From: an uncultured Bacilli bacterium
Lineage (GTDB): Bacteria; Bacillota_I; Bacilli_A; RF39; UBA660
Assembly (NCBI GenBank): GCA_948629335.1
Contig: CAPHZB010000002.1
Span: 1 to 57,828, forward strand
DNA: 57,828 nt
Reading direction: 5' to 3'
A program made the translations under genes and the position numbers. Below the pieces are notes generated by a model, which did not search any database, was not told the origin of the DNA, and saw nothing but the letters and a program-made list of their open reading frames with translations. Shown here piece after piece: positions 8,693-16,610 of the stretch (the first letter of the stretch is position 1; each line of letters begins with the position of its first letter).

Positions 8693-8781
8693 AGTGATTT
8701 AATAGATGTTTTTCTATAAAAGGGATAAGTTAAGAGAATAGTTGATTATGGAAAATGATTTTGAAGAAAGAGGGAAGAAAA

Positions 8782-9453
8782 ATGAAATTAGTGACATTTC
8801 AGTCAATGGAAGCATGCAAAGATTTAATAAATAAAGGATACTTAGAATGTAAGGAAGGGTATATTGATTTAAAGAAAGCAGGTCCCACGTATCAGTGGGT
8901 GCTTGAAAAGATGGAAGAGAATGTTAAGAAAGAAACGGGTGTGAAGTATCCTATTTGGTGTTGGGTAAAATGCTATAACAACATATGTCCACCAAAACAT
9001 AAGGGAGAACCTGTAGAGGGTTTTGATGTAAAAATAACTTTTCACAAGGAAGAAAAAGATGTTTTTATTACTGACTTTAGGAGATACTCTTTTCTACTCA
9101 GTAATACATACATTCCCACTTCTTTAGAAGATAAAAAGATATTTGATGAAGAACTAGAAAAAAAGGGGATAACGAAAGAAGAATTAAAAGCATATGTGAG
9201 ACCTGATAAATTTCCAAACCATAGAACCGATAAGGAATTTTTAGATGTTTGTTTAAAAACTCGAAAAAGCTTTGATAGATGTATTACGACAGATAGTGAC
9301 GTATTGCAAGGCTGTGTATGGCGAATTGATATGTCAGAAGTTGAGAAAATAGAAATATTACAAGATAAAACGTATCGATATGGGTCCCTTAATTATATAA
9401 GAAGTAATGGAAAAAGAATCAATTGGCAAGAGGATTTCTATAAGAAATTGTAG
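8782..9453 (+). CDS. DUF3841-like protein
   Basis: I prefer the start at ATG 8782 after AGAGGGAAG. The peptide MKLVTFQS...YQWVLEKM...PIWCWVKC fits my recollection of DUF3841. The family assignment is from memory. Confidence 0.5.
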   Translation: MKLVTFQSMEACKDLINKGYLECKEGYIDLKKAGPTYQWVLEKMEENVKKETGVKYPIWCWVKCYNNICPPKHKGEPVEGFDVKITFHKEEKDVFITDFRRYSFLLSNTYIPTSLEDKKIFDEELEKKGITKEELKAYVRPDKFPNHRTDKEFLDVCLKTRKSFDRCITTDSDVLQGCVWRIDMSEVEKIEILQDKTYRYGSLNYIRSNGKRINWQEDFYKKL

Positions 9454-9486
9454 AAAGAAATATGGGGAAGGAAGTATAAAAGGAGT

Positions 9487-10431
9487 ATGTTAGATAAAGT
9501 TTTAAAAACAAGTGAGTTTGTAGTGAGACACGCCAAACATGTAAAAATTAATGAGGATAAGGTAAATGAATTGATAGACGAATTATTGCAATTTAAGCAT
9601 GTACACTATTTAACCCAAGTTCCTTATGGTATATATGATATGAGTACAAAAGATATAATCAATTTTTTACTGATATATGATGCAATTGATTTTTCTTTTT
9701 GGGGAAACCATAAATGGGCTATTGATGTAGGAGAAAAGAAATTAGATGGTGGAGAAGCATTATTACATTGTATCTTTTACCTATTTGATGGTCGTGATAG
9801 TATAGATGTTTACAAGCAGTTAGAAAATATGACACTAGATAGGTTCAAAGAAATTCTAAAAGGAAATATTGATATTCCACTTTTAGAGGAACGTTATCAA
9901 ATTGTTACAAAAATTGCGAAAATGGTAAATGAAAAAATGCATGGAAATTTTTATGATTACATAAAAAAGATGCATACAGATACAGAAATATTGGAAACAA
10001 TTCTTTCTTATTTTAGTAGTTTTGAGGATACTCGAACTTATCAGGGGGAAACTATTTATTTTTATAAACTAGCGCAACTTTTAACTTCTGATATTCTACA
10101 TGTAATGAAAATAAAAGATAAAAAGAAAGTAGATTATTCAAATTTAGTTGGATGTGCTGATTATAAAATACCACAAGTAATGGAGAGTTTCGGTATTTTA
10201 GAGTATGATGATGAATTAACTTCTAAATTAAATGAAAAGAGGGAAATAGCAGAAAACAGTGAGTATGAGGTTGAAATTAGAGCAAGTATGATTGTAGTAG
10301 TTCATTTTATTTGGAAGAAGATAGATAAATGTATTGATAGAATCGATATCAATGATTTTATATGGGGTAAGGGGCAAGATAAAACGCTAAACTATAAACC
10401 ATACCATTTGACTAGAACGACTTCTTATTAA
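9487..10431 (+). CDS. Queuosine salvage protein, QNG1/DUF2419 family (queuosine 5'-phosphate N-glycosylase/hydrolase homolog)
   Basis: Several blocks match human QNG1 (C9orf64) as I remember it. IDFSFWG matches LNFSFW and PLLEERYQIV matches PLVEERHRIL. FYKLAQLL matches FYKRAQIL, CADYKIPQV matches FADYRLPQV, and EVEIRAS matches EVEIRGC. Confidence 0.8.
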   Translation: MLDKVLKTSEFVVRHAKHVKINEDKVNELIDELLQFKHVHYLTQVPYGIYDMSTKDIINFLLIYDAIDFSFWGNHKWAIDVGEKKLDGGEALLHCIFYLFDGRDSIDVYKQLENMTLDRFKEILKGNIDIPLLEERYQIVTKIAKMVNEKMHGNFYDYIKKMHTDTEILETILSYFSSFEDTRTYQGETIYFYKLAQLLTSDILHVMKIKDKKKVDYSNLVGCADYKIPQVMESFGILEYDDELTSKLNEKREIAENSEYEVEIRASMIVVVHFIWKKIDKCIDRIDINDFIWGKGQDKTLNYKPYHLTRTTSY

Positions 10432-10479
10432 AAATGACTATCTGAGAAAATGAAAATAGAATAAATAGGATAACGTAAG

Positions 10480-10507
10480 AAAAAATTTAATAAAAAGTTT
10501 TAAAACA
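10480..10507. repeat. 28-bp direct repeat, left copy
   Basis: AAAAAATTTAATAAAAAGTTTTAAAACA is identical to 10760-10787. Confidence 0.9.
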
Positions 10508-10759
10508 TGTGATTTTTTTTTGAAAATGTTACATAAAAATAAATGAATTTTATGTGATTATGTTACATCATTATTGCTTTGTAATAGGAACCCAATTATA
10601 TGATGATATCGGCTTGCAAAGGCCTGTAAATAAAGCCTTTGGCTAATAAGCCTATCATATAATTGCCTATTATAAAGCAATAATTCCATATGATCTTTAT
10701 GTAACATTTTCACTTAAAATTGACTATACAATAATGTAACATTTTCATTTAAAATTCAC
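10508..10759. mobile_element. 252-bp palindromic MITE-like element flanked by 28-bp direct repeats
   Basis: The ends are inverted: GTGATTTTTTTTTGAAAATGTTACAT against the reverse complement of AATGTAACATTTTCATTTAAAATTCAC. The (G)AAAATGTTACAT box is duplicated in each arm. The central arms of about 50 bp are imperfect inverted repeats (ATTATTGCTTTGTAATAGG...GGCC / GGC...CCTATTATAAAGCAATAAT). Confidence 0.55.
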
Positions 10760-10787
10760 AAAAAATTTAATAAAAAGTTTTAAAACA
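10760..10787. repeat. 28-bp direct repeat, right copy (A/T-rich sequence immediately upstream of the tRNA-Gln promoter)
   Basis: Identical to 10480-10507 and abuts the -35 box at 10789. Confidence 0.9.
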
Positions 10788-10788
10788 C

Positions 10789-10817
10789 TTGCGCCTAGTC
10801 CATTGTTTTGATAAAAT
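10789..10817 (+). promoter_or_regulatory. Promoter of the tRNA-Gln / T-box / gltX unit
   Basis: TTGCGC (10789-10794), a 17-nt spacer, then TAAAAT (10812-10817). The tRNA starts 12 nt downstream. Confidence 0.6.
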
Positions 10818-10828
10818 AAAAATGGAAT

Positions 10829-10904
10829 TGCCCCATAGCCAAGCGGTAAGGCATCGGACTCTGACTCCGACATTTCGTTCGTTCGAATCGAACTGGGGCA
10901 GCCA
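10829..10904 (+). tRNA. tRNA-Gln (anticodon CUG)
   Basis: The acceptor stem TGCCCCA/TGGGGCA has the U1-A72 pair typical of tRNA-Gln. The D region is TAGCCAAGCGGTAAGGC. The anticodon stem is TCGGA/TCCGA with loop CTCTGAC. The T arm is GTTCG-TTCGAAT-CGAAC, then GCCA. By my count the variable loop is 6 nt, one longer than usual. Confidence 0.85.
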
Positions 10905-10914
10905 AAATTATAAA

Positions 10915-11122
10915 AAAGCGATGAAGAAGAAGAGTAAAATGTGTATTTTTAAAGAGACCTTATGGTTGGTGAGAATAAGGAAAAGAAACATTTGAAGAAA
11001 CTTTTGAGCTGAATATAAAATTACGTATTCTCGCGTTAAGAGAAAAGCGCATAAGTTATTATGAATTAAGGTGGTACCGCGGGAAAACTCGTCCTTAAAA
11101 TTCATAATAACTTTTTATTTTA
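10915..11122 (+). promoter_or_regulatory. T-box riboswitch leader of gltX
   Basis: The conserved T-box sequence AAGGTGGTACCGCG lies at 11068-11081. The terminator helix is TTATTATGAATTAAGG (11057-11071) with CCTTAAAATTCATAATAA (11093-11110), followed by a T-run. AGAGA and GGTGAGA elements lie in the stem I region. Candidate specifier GAA followed by A lies at 10997-11000. Confidence 0.85.
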
Positions 11123-11150
11123 AAAAAGGAAAGATGAGGAGGAAGAAAGT

Positions 11151-12803
11151 ATGACAAATAAGGATTTAGCTGATGTAATATTTCCAAATATTACAAAGAC
11201 AATTGCCGATTATGAAAAGATGTACCCAGAAAGAAAAATAGAAGAGGGAGCAAGTGTAACTCGTTTTGCACCCTCTCCAACAGGATTTATGCATTTAGGT
11301 GGATTCTTTCAAGCAATCATTGATAAATTAATTGCACATAGTACAGATGGTGTCTTTTTTGTGAGAAATGAGGATACAGATCAAAAAAGAGAGGTAGAAG
11401 GGGCTACAGAATTGATTATGAATACACTTAGCCACTATGATCTTTTACCAGATGAGTATGAATTTAAAGGAAAGATTGTAGGAGAGTATGGACCTTATAT
11501 TCAAAGTGAAAGAAAAGAGATTTATCAAACATTTATTAAACACTTAATTGAAATTGGTAGAGCTTATCCTTGTTTCGCAACAAAGGAAGAACTAGAGGAA
11601 TTAAGAAATGCTCAAGAAAAAATAAAGATGAGAACAGGATATTATGGAAGATATGCAAGGGATAGAAACTTATCCGTAGAAGAAGCAATTAAGCGAATTC
11701 AAAGTGGAGAAAAATATGTCATTCGTTTTAAATCCATGGGAGATTTTGAGAAAAAGTTTAAGTTTATGGATGAAGTGCGAGGACTTCTTTACTTACCTGA
11801 AAATGACGAAGATTTTGTCATTATGAAAAGTGAGGGTGGTCTTCCAACCTACCATTTCGCTCATCTTGTAGATGATGTTTTAATGCATACTACACATGTA
11901 GTCCGTGGAGAAGAGTGGTTAAGCAGTGTTCCAAAACATGTAGAACTATTTGAAACATTTGGCTACCCACTTCCAAAGTATGTACATACTCCTTTAATTG
12001 TAAAAAAAGAAGGAACTAGTGTAAGAAAGTTGTCAAAACGAAAAGACCCAGAAGCCACAATGCGTTATTACGAGGAACAAGGATATCCTAAAACAGCTGT
12101 AATTGAATATTTAATGACAATTATCAATTCCAATTATGAAGAGTGGCATACCGAAAATCCAGAGAAGGCATATTTAGATTTCACATTTAATCCTAAAAAA
12201 ATGGCTGCATCAGGTGGTGCTTTATTTGATATGGAAAAGTTAAACAATATCTCTAAAAATTGTATTTCTAAAATGACAAAAGAAGAACTTTTAGAGGAAT
12301 CTTATGCATGGGCGAGTAAATATAATCCTACATTAAAAGAAATTATTGATAGAGATAAGAATTACTATATGTCTATTTTGAATATTGAAAGAGAAAGTGC
12401 GAAACCAAGAAAAGACATTACTACCTATCAGGATATCCTTGCTAATATCTGGTACATGTATGATGACTTATTTGAAAAAGAGGATACATACGAATTTATG
12501 AAAGTTACAGATAAAGAAGAAATAAACAAAATTACGAAAACTTATATGGACAAATATTATTCTGTAGAAGACGATAAGGATACATGGTTTACAAAAGTAA
12601 AATCTTTGTGTGATGAATTAGGTTATGCTTCCAATATGAAAGAGTATAAAATAAATCCAGAAGCATACAAAGGAAGTGTCACAGATATATCTACTGTACT
12701 TCGTGTTTCCCTAACGAAAAAAGCACAAACACCAGATTTGTACGAGATTATGCAAATTCTAGGTCGAGATAAAATGATAGAAAGGTTTGAAAAGTTGTCA
12801 TGA
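11151..12803 (+). CDS. gltX: Glutamate--tRNA ligase
   Basis: HIGH motif in PSPTGFMHLGG and KMSKS motif as KLSKRK. Class I GluRS-like throughout. Strong RBS GAGGAGG. Confidence 0.9.
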   Translation: MTNKDLADVIFPNITKTIADYEKMYPERKIEEGASVTRFAPSPTGFMHLGGFFQAIIDKLIAHSTDGVFFVRNEDTDQKREVEGATELIMNTLSHYDLLPDEYEFKGKIVGEYGPYIQSERKEIYQTFIKHLIEIGRAYPCFATKEELEELRNAQEKIKMRTGYYGRYARDRNLSVEEAIKRIQSGEKYVIRFKSMGDFEKKFKFMDEVRGLLYLPENDEDFVIMKSEGGLPTYHFAHLVDDVLMHTTHVVRGEEWLSSVPKHVELFETFGYPLPKYVHTPLIVKKEGTSVRKLSKRKDPEATMRYYEEQGYPKTAVIEYLMTIINSNYEEWHTENPEKAYLDFTFNPKKMAASGGALFDMEKLNNISKNCISKMTKEELLEESYAWASKYNPTLKEIIDRDKNYYMSILNIERESAKPRKDITTYQDILANIWYMYDDLFEKEDTYEFMKVTDKEEINKITKTYMDKYYSVEDDKDTWFTKVKSLCDELGYASNMKEYKINPEAYKGSVTDISTVLRVSLTKKAQTPDLYEIMQILGRDKMIERFEKLS

Positions 12804-13495
12804 AGTTAGATAAATTAAAAATAGTTTTAATGAGTATTTTATTCCTTTTCTCTATTGGAGCAATGGGTGTATACGAATTAATGAATAAAGAAGAAAATAT
12901 AAAACCAGATGCTGTGAAATTTAAAGAAGAATATGAAGCACTAAATGATAAACAAATCGAAGGAACAGAGAAAACATATAAACAAATAGAACTGTCAGAG
13001 AAAAACCCATTCTTGTATGCTTCTTATGAAGATGTATTTAAAAGTTTGGAAAAAACAGCTGTGATTTATTTAGGATACCCAGAATGTCCTTGGTGTAGAA
13101 ACCTTGTTCCTCTTTTAGCGCAAGCTTCTAAAAAAGTGGGTATGGGAAAAATATACTACATCAATATGAAAGAAGAGCGAAATGTTTTGAAATTAGAAAA
13201 TGGAGAAATCGTAGAAGAAAAAAAAGGAAGCGAGGGGTATAATAAACTCGTTCAAAAATTAAATGACGTTTTACCTGTTTATGAGGGTTTAGAAAATGAT
13301 TCTTTAAAACGTATTTATGTTCCTTATGTTCTTTTTGTGAAAGATGGAAAAATTGTAGATACGCATACAGGAACAATTGATGAACAAACCGATCCTTATA
13401 CCACTTTAACCGAGGAAGAAAGTAGTACTCTTTTAAGTATACTTGTAGATAAATTCATGAAAGTAACGGATACAAGTTGCGACAATGCTTGTTAA
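12800..13495 (+). CDS. Membrane-anchored thioredoxin-fold protein
   Basis: N-terminal TM or signal segment and a CPWC redox motif (YLGYPECPWCRN). The start overlaps the gltX stop (ATGA). Confidence 0.7.
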   Translation: MKLDKLKIVLMSILFLFSIGAMGVYELMNKEENIKPDAVKFKEEYEALNDKQIEGTEKTYKQIELSEKNPFLYASYEDVFKSLEKTAVIYLGYPECPWCRNLVPLLAQASKKVGMGKIYYINMKEERNVLKLENGEIVEEKKGSEGYNKLVQKLNDVLPVYEGLENDSLKRIYVPYVLFVKDGKIVDTHTGTIDEQTDPYTTLTEEESSTLLSILVDKFMKVTDTSCDNAC

Positions 13496-13513
13496 GGTAG
13501 AAAGGAAAACCAT

Positions 13514-14428
13514 ATGAAAAAAGATATGACACTACTTATTATGGCAGCAGGAATGGGAAGTCGTTTTGGAGGATTAAAACAAATTGAACCTTTTGGTCCA
13601 TCAGGAGAATTCATTATTGACTATTCTATTTATGATGCAATTATAGCAGGATTTAATAAAGTTGTTTTTGTTATCAAAAGAGAAAACTATACTATTTTTA
13701 AAGAAACAGTTTCTTCTCGCATTGAACCTTTTATTCAAGTAGAATATTGTTTCCAAGAATTAGATGATTTGCCAGTTGGTTATACAGTCCCAGCTGGGCG
13801 AACAAAACCTTGGGGAACAGCACATGCTATTTTAGCAGCCAAAGATAAAATCAAAGAAAACTTTGCAATCATTAATGCTGATGACTTTTACGGAAGAGAA
13901 GCTTTTCTCGATATAGCTGCCTTTTTACAGGAAGAAGTAAAAGAAGATACATATGCAATTATTGGCTATGAAGTAGAAAAAACACTTACCGAACATGGAA
14001 GCGTAAAAAGAGCTGTTCTTACAAATCAAAATGCTTTTTTAGAAAGTTTAATAGAAAGTAGTGTCCAAAAAATAGATGGACAGATTATTGCTTCCCCACT
14101 TGATGGAAGAATCCCATTTTCCATTTCAAATATTCATCCTGTTTCTTTAAATCTATTTGGTTTTTCACCTAGTATATTTGCCTTTATTGAAAAGAACTTT
14201 ATTCCTTTTCTCGAAGAAAACAAAGAAGATATTTTAACCTGTGAATATTTAATTCCCAGTTTAATTTGTAATCTGATTAAGCAAAAAGAAATTAAAGTAA
14301 AACTCATTCCAACAAAATCAGAATGGTTTGGAGTCACTTATAAAGAAGATAAGGAAAATGTAGTTAAAAAAATTAAAAAAGAAATTGCGTGTGGAAAATA
14401 TAAAGATAATCTATGGAAGAGGGTGTAG
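13514..14428 (+). CDS. Sugar-phosphate nucleotidyltransferase family protein
   Basis: The N-terminal LIMAAGMGSRFGG..KQ signature is typical of NTP-transferase folds. Confidence 0.7.
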   Translation: MKKDMTLLIMAAGMGSRFGGLKQIEPFGPSGEFIIDYSIYDAIIAGFNKVVFVIKRENYTIFKETVSSRIEPFIQVEYCFQELDDLPVGYTVPAGRTKPWGTAHAILAAKDKIKENFAIINADDFYGREAFLDIAAFLQEEVKEDTYAIIGYEVEKTLTEHGSVKRAVLTNQNAFLESLIESSVQKIDGQIIASPLDGRIPFSISNIHPVSLNLFGFSPSIFAFIEKNFIPFLEENKEDILTCEYLIPSLICNLIKQKEIKVKLIPTKSEWFGVTYKEDKENVVKKIKKEIACGKYKDNLWKRV

Positions 14429-14556
14429 GCATACCTCTTTTTTCATGAAAACAAACATGTTAAAAACACGTATTTGCAATATAGGAAAGCCTTATATTTT
14501 AAGTATAGAGGAGTTGACTCACAAATAAAAAAAAACTATAATATGAGGTAGGTGAT

Positions 14557-16017
14557 ATGATGAAAAAACGATATGTATTTTATATAATTTCTCTTATCCT
14601 TTTTCTCATTTCTTGTTTTATGCAAAAAGAAACGAAGATTATTTTTGAAGGAATAGCTACTCTTTTTCTATTAGAAGAAGAGATAGAAGGGCTCATTAAA
14701 AATATACAAAACCATAAAATAACGATAATACCTTATCTAGATATTGTACTAGCCATTTGTTTCTTTCTTTTTAAAGAAGAAAAATTATTCTTTATTTATA
14801 AATGGATTGAACAAGTTTTACATTTTCTTTTTATAAAAAGTTTTAAAGAAAGCCCAAATATAGAAATGAATACAATAGATTTCTTAAAAAATAGGAAAGG
14901 GGACCTAAAAAAAATTTATCTTTTCTTTCTCTTTTTTGCAGGAGTTTTATCTTTGTTTTTGCTTAACAAAGAAAGAAAAGTGTTTTTTCTATTTTTTCTT
15001 ACTATTCTTCTTTTACTAAAACAAAATCGACTACGACCTAAACTTACATTTATTTATCAGGCTAGCTTAAAAAAGATAGAGGAGAAAAATATCATTCTTC
15101 ATAAAGCAAATGCGCTAGAACAACTCCAACACTGCGATGAAATCATTTTAACTAAAACGGGCGTACTTACATATGGAGAGATGGAAATTACCAAAATTAT
15201 TCCTGTATATCAGACCAAAGAGGACATTTTTAAGTATGCAACCCTTCTAGAAAAACAGAGTAATCATTCCATAGCAAAAGCTTTTCATGGAAAATATAAG
15301 GATAAGGAAGAACACCAAGTGTCCTTTATCAGTGAAATGAAGGGAAAAGGAATACGAGGCGTCATCGATGGAATGGAATTAGTATTTGGAAATGTCACTT
15401 TGTTTGAAGAATTAAATATCAAATATCCAAGAGTTGAGTTCTTGCATCCAACGAGTATGATTGCAGTTGACGGAACTTATGTAGGAACTTTTGTTTTTAA
15501 AGATGAAATACGAAATGATTTAGAATTTCTATTTCCCCTTTTAAAAGAAGAAGGCATAACAAAATCCGTCCTATTATCTTCTTCTTCCAAAGAACAAATC
15601 AAAAAAATCGCATCACATCTATCCATTACAGAAAGCTATGCGAATTTAACCTTAGAAGATAAACTTGCCATTTTAAAAAATGAAAAAAGATTTCACCGAA
15701 TTCTATACATAGATGATGTATACCAAACGAGTGAATTTATGAAAATTGCTGATGTGACAGTTAGTATGAAGCCGAATAAGAATTGTGATATTGAATTCAC
15801 AGATGGAAATATCAATCACTTACTTTTCTTAAGAAAAGAGATTAAAAATTTAATGAAAATCAGAAATAAAATTACACGTTTTTATGTTCTATTTTTAATC
15901 TGCAGTTTTCTTCTTGCTTTTCTAAACTATAAGAATTTGCTTTATATTTCAATTCTCCTTCTTTTTTATGAAGTTACTACTTTTTATCTTTTAAAATCCC
16001 ATAAGAAGAATTTGTAG
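14557..16017 (+). CDS. Truncated, catalytically degenerate P-type ATPase homolog
   Basis: Membrane N-terminus plus a HAD-like P/N domain. The phosphorylation motif DKTGTLT reads LTKTGVLT (Thr codon ACT at 15151-15153 in place of Asp). The hinge GDGxND reads IDDVYQ. No TGES actuator domain is present. Confidence 0.65.
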   Translation: MMKKRYVFYIISLILFLISCFMQKETKIIFEGIATLFLLEEEIEGLIKNIQNHKITIIPYLDIVLAICFFLFKEEKLFFIYKWIEQVLHFLFIKSFKESPNIEMNTIDFLKNRKGDLKKIYLFFLFFAGVLSLFLLNKERKVFFLFFLTILLLLKQNRLRPKLTFIYQASLKKIEEKNIILHKANALEQLQHCDEIILTKTGVLTYGEMEITKIIPVYQTKEDIFKYATLLEKQSNHSIAKAFHGKYKDKEEHQVSFISEMKGKGIRGVIDGMELVFGNVTLFEELNIKYPRVEFLHPTSMIAVDGTYVGTFVFKDEIRNDLEFLFPLLKEEGITKSVLLSSSSKEQIKKIASHLSITESYANLTLEDKLAILKNEKRFHRILYIDDVYQTSEFMKIADVTVSMKPNKNCDIEFTDGNINHLLFLRKEIKNLMKIRNKITRFYVLFLICSFLLAFLNYKNLLYISILLLFYEVTTFYLLKSHKKNL

Positions 16018-16366
16018 GGTCTTTAAAAAATTCCCATTTTGGTGGATGATAGGTAAATGTATAAGAAAGAAGAAGAAAAAGACCGAAGATACCAATTGCG
16101 AGAAATGATTGGTATTTTTTTGTGGGTAGTTTTAGAAGATTGTAACTGACAAAGTTCGAAAGAAAAATAGCAAGAAAAAGCCAAATAAGAGTAAACACCA
16201 TATTCCCTTTAAATAAGAAATAAATAGGAAGAAAAAGAGATAAAAAAAGAATAATACAAAAACGGGAAGTTACCAAATAGGAAAATAGATAGGATTCCCA
16301 CCTTTCCTTATGGAATAAACATGAGAAAAGACTAAACAAAAGATAGGAAGTAAAAATCATTTTCAT
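15977..16366 (-). CDS. Hypothetical integral membrane protein (129 aa)
   Basis: Hydrophobic ORF with about 4 predicted TM segments. It is convergent with the previous gene and overlaps its 3' end. Confidence 0.45.
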   Translation of the reverse strand: MKMIFTSYLLFSLFSCLFHKERWESYLFSYLVTSRFCIILFLSLFLPIYFLFKGNMVFTLIWLFLAIFLSNFVSYNLLKLPTKKYQSFLAIGIFGLFLLLSYTFTYHPPKWEFFKDPTNSSYGILKDKK

Positions 16367-16610
16367 ATGTTCAAAAATACTTTCATTTATAGGTACAAAA
16401 ATGCTTGTAAGGAAATGAGGACATGCTTCATATAAAAAATGAAGTGGGAAATTAATAAGAAAAATACAGATTGAACTGATAAAAATATGCTTTTTTTAGT
16501 AGTATCACCTAAGGATAGAATATACAAAAGTACAAAAATTATACATTTTTTATGCAAAAAAAAGGGATTTGTAAAGATTTGTCGTATATTAAATATAGGA
16601 GGCTGATGAT

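Noticed and set aside
8693-8781. Possible preQ1 riboswitch upstream of the DUF3841/QNG1 genes, suggested by the CTATAAAA string.
   Set aside because: No P1 stem or CCCTC-type pairing could be formed around it. The resemblance is limited to an A-rich stretch.
10480-10787. The two identical 28-bp repeats could be a minimal CRISPR array.
   Set aside because: There are only two copies, separated by 252 bp rather than about 30-40 bp. The repeat is pure A/T-rich promoter-upstream sequence, the intervening DNA is itself a palindrome, and no cas genes are present.
10789-11105. ORF-track entries 10789-10995 (+) and 10908-11105 (-).
   Set aside because: They overlap the tRNA-Gln gene and the T-box leader, whose RNA features fully explain the sequence.
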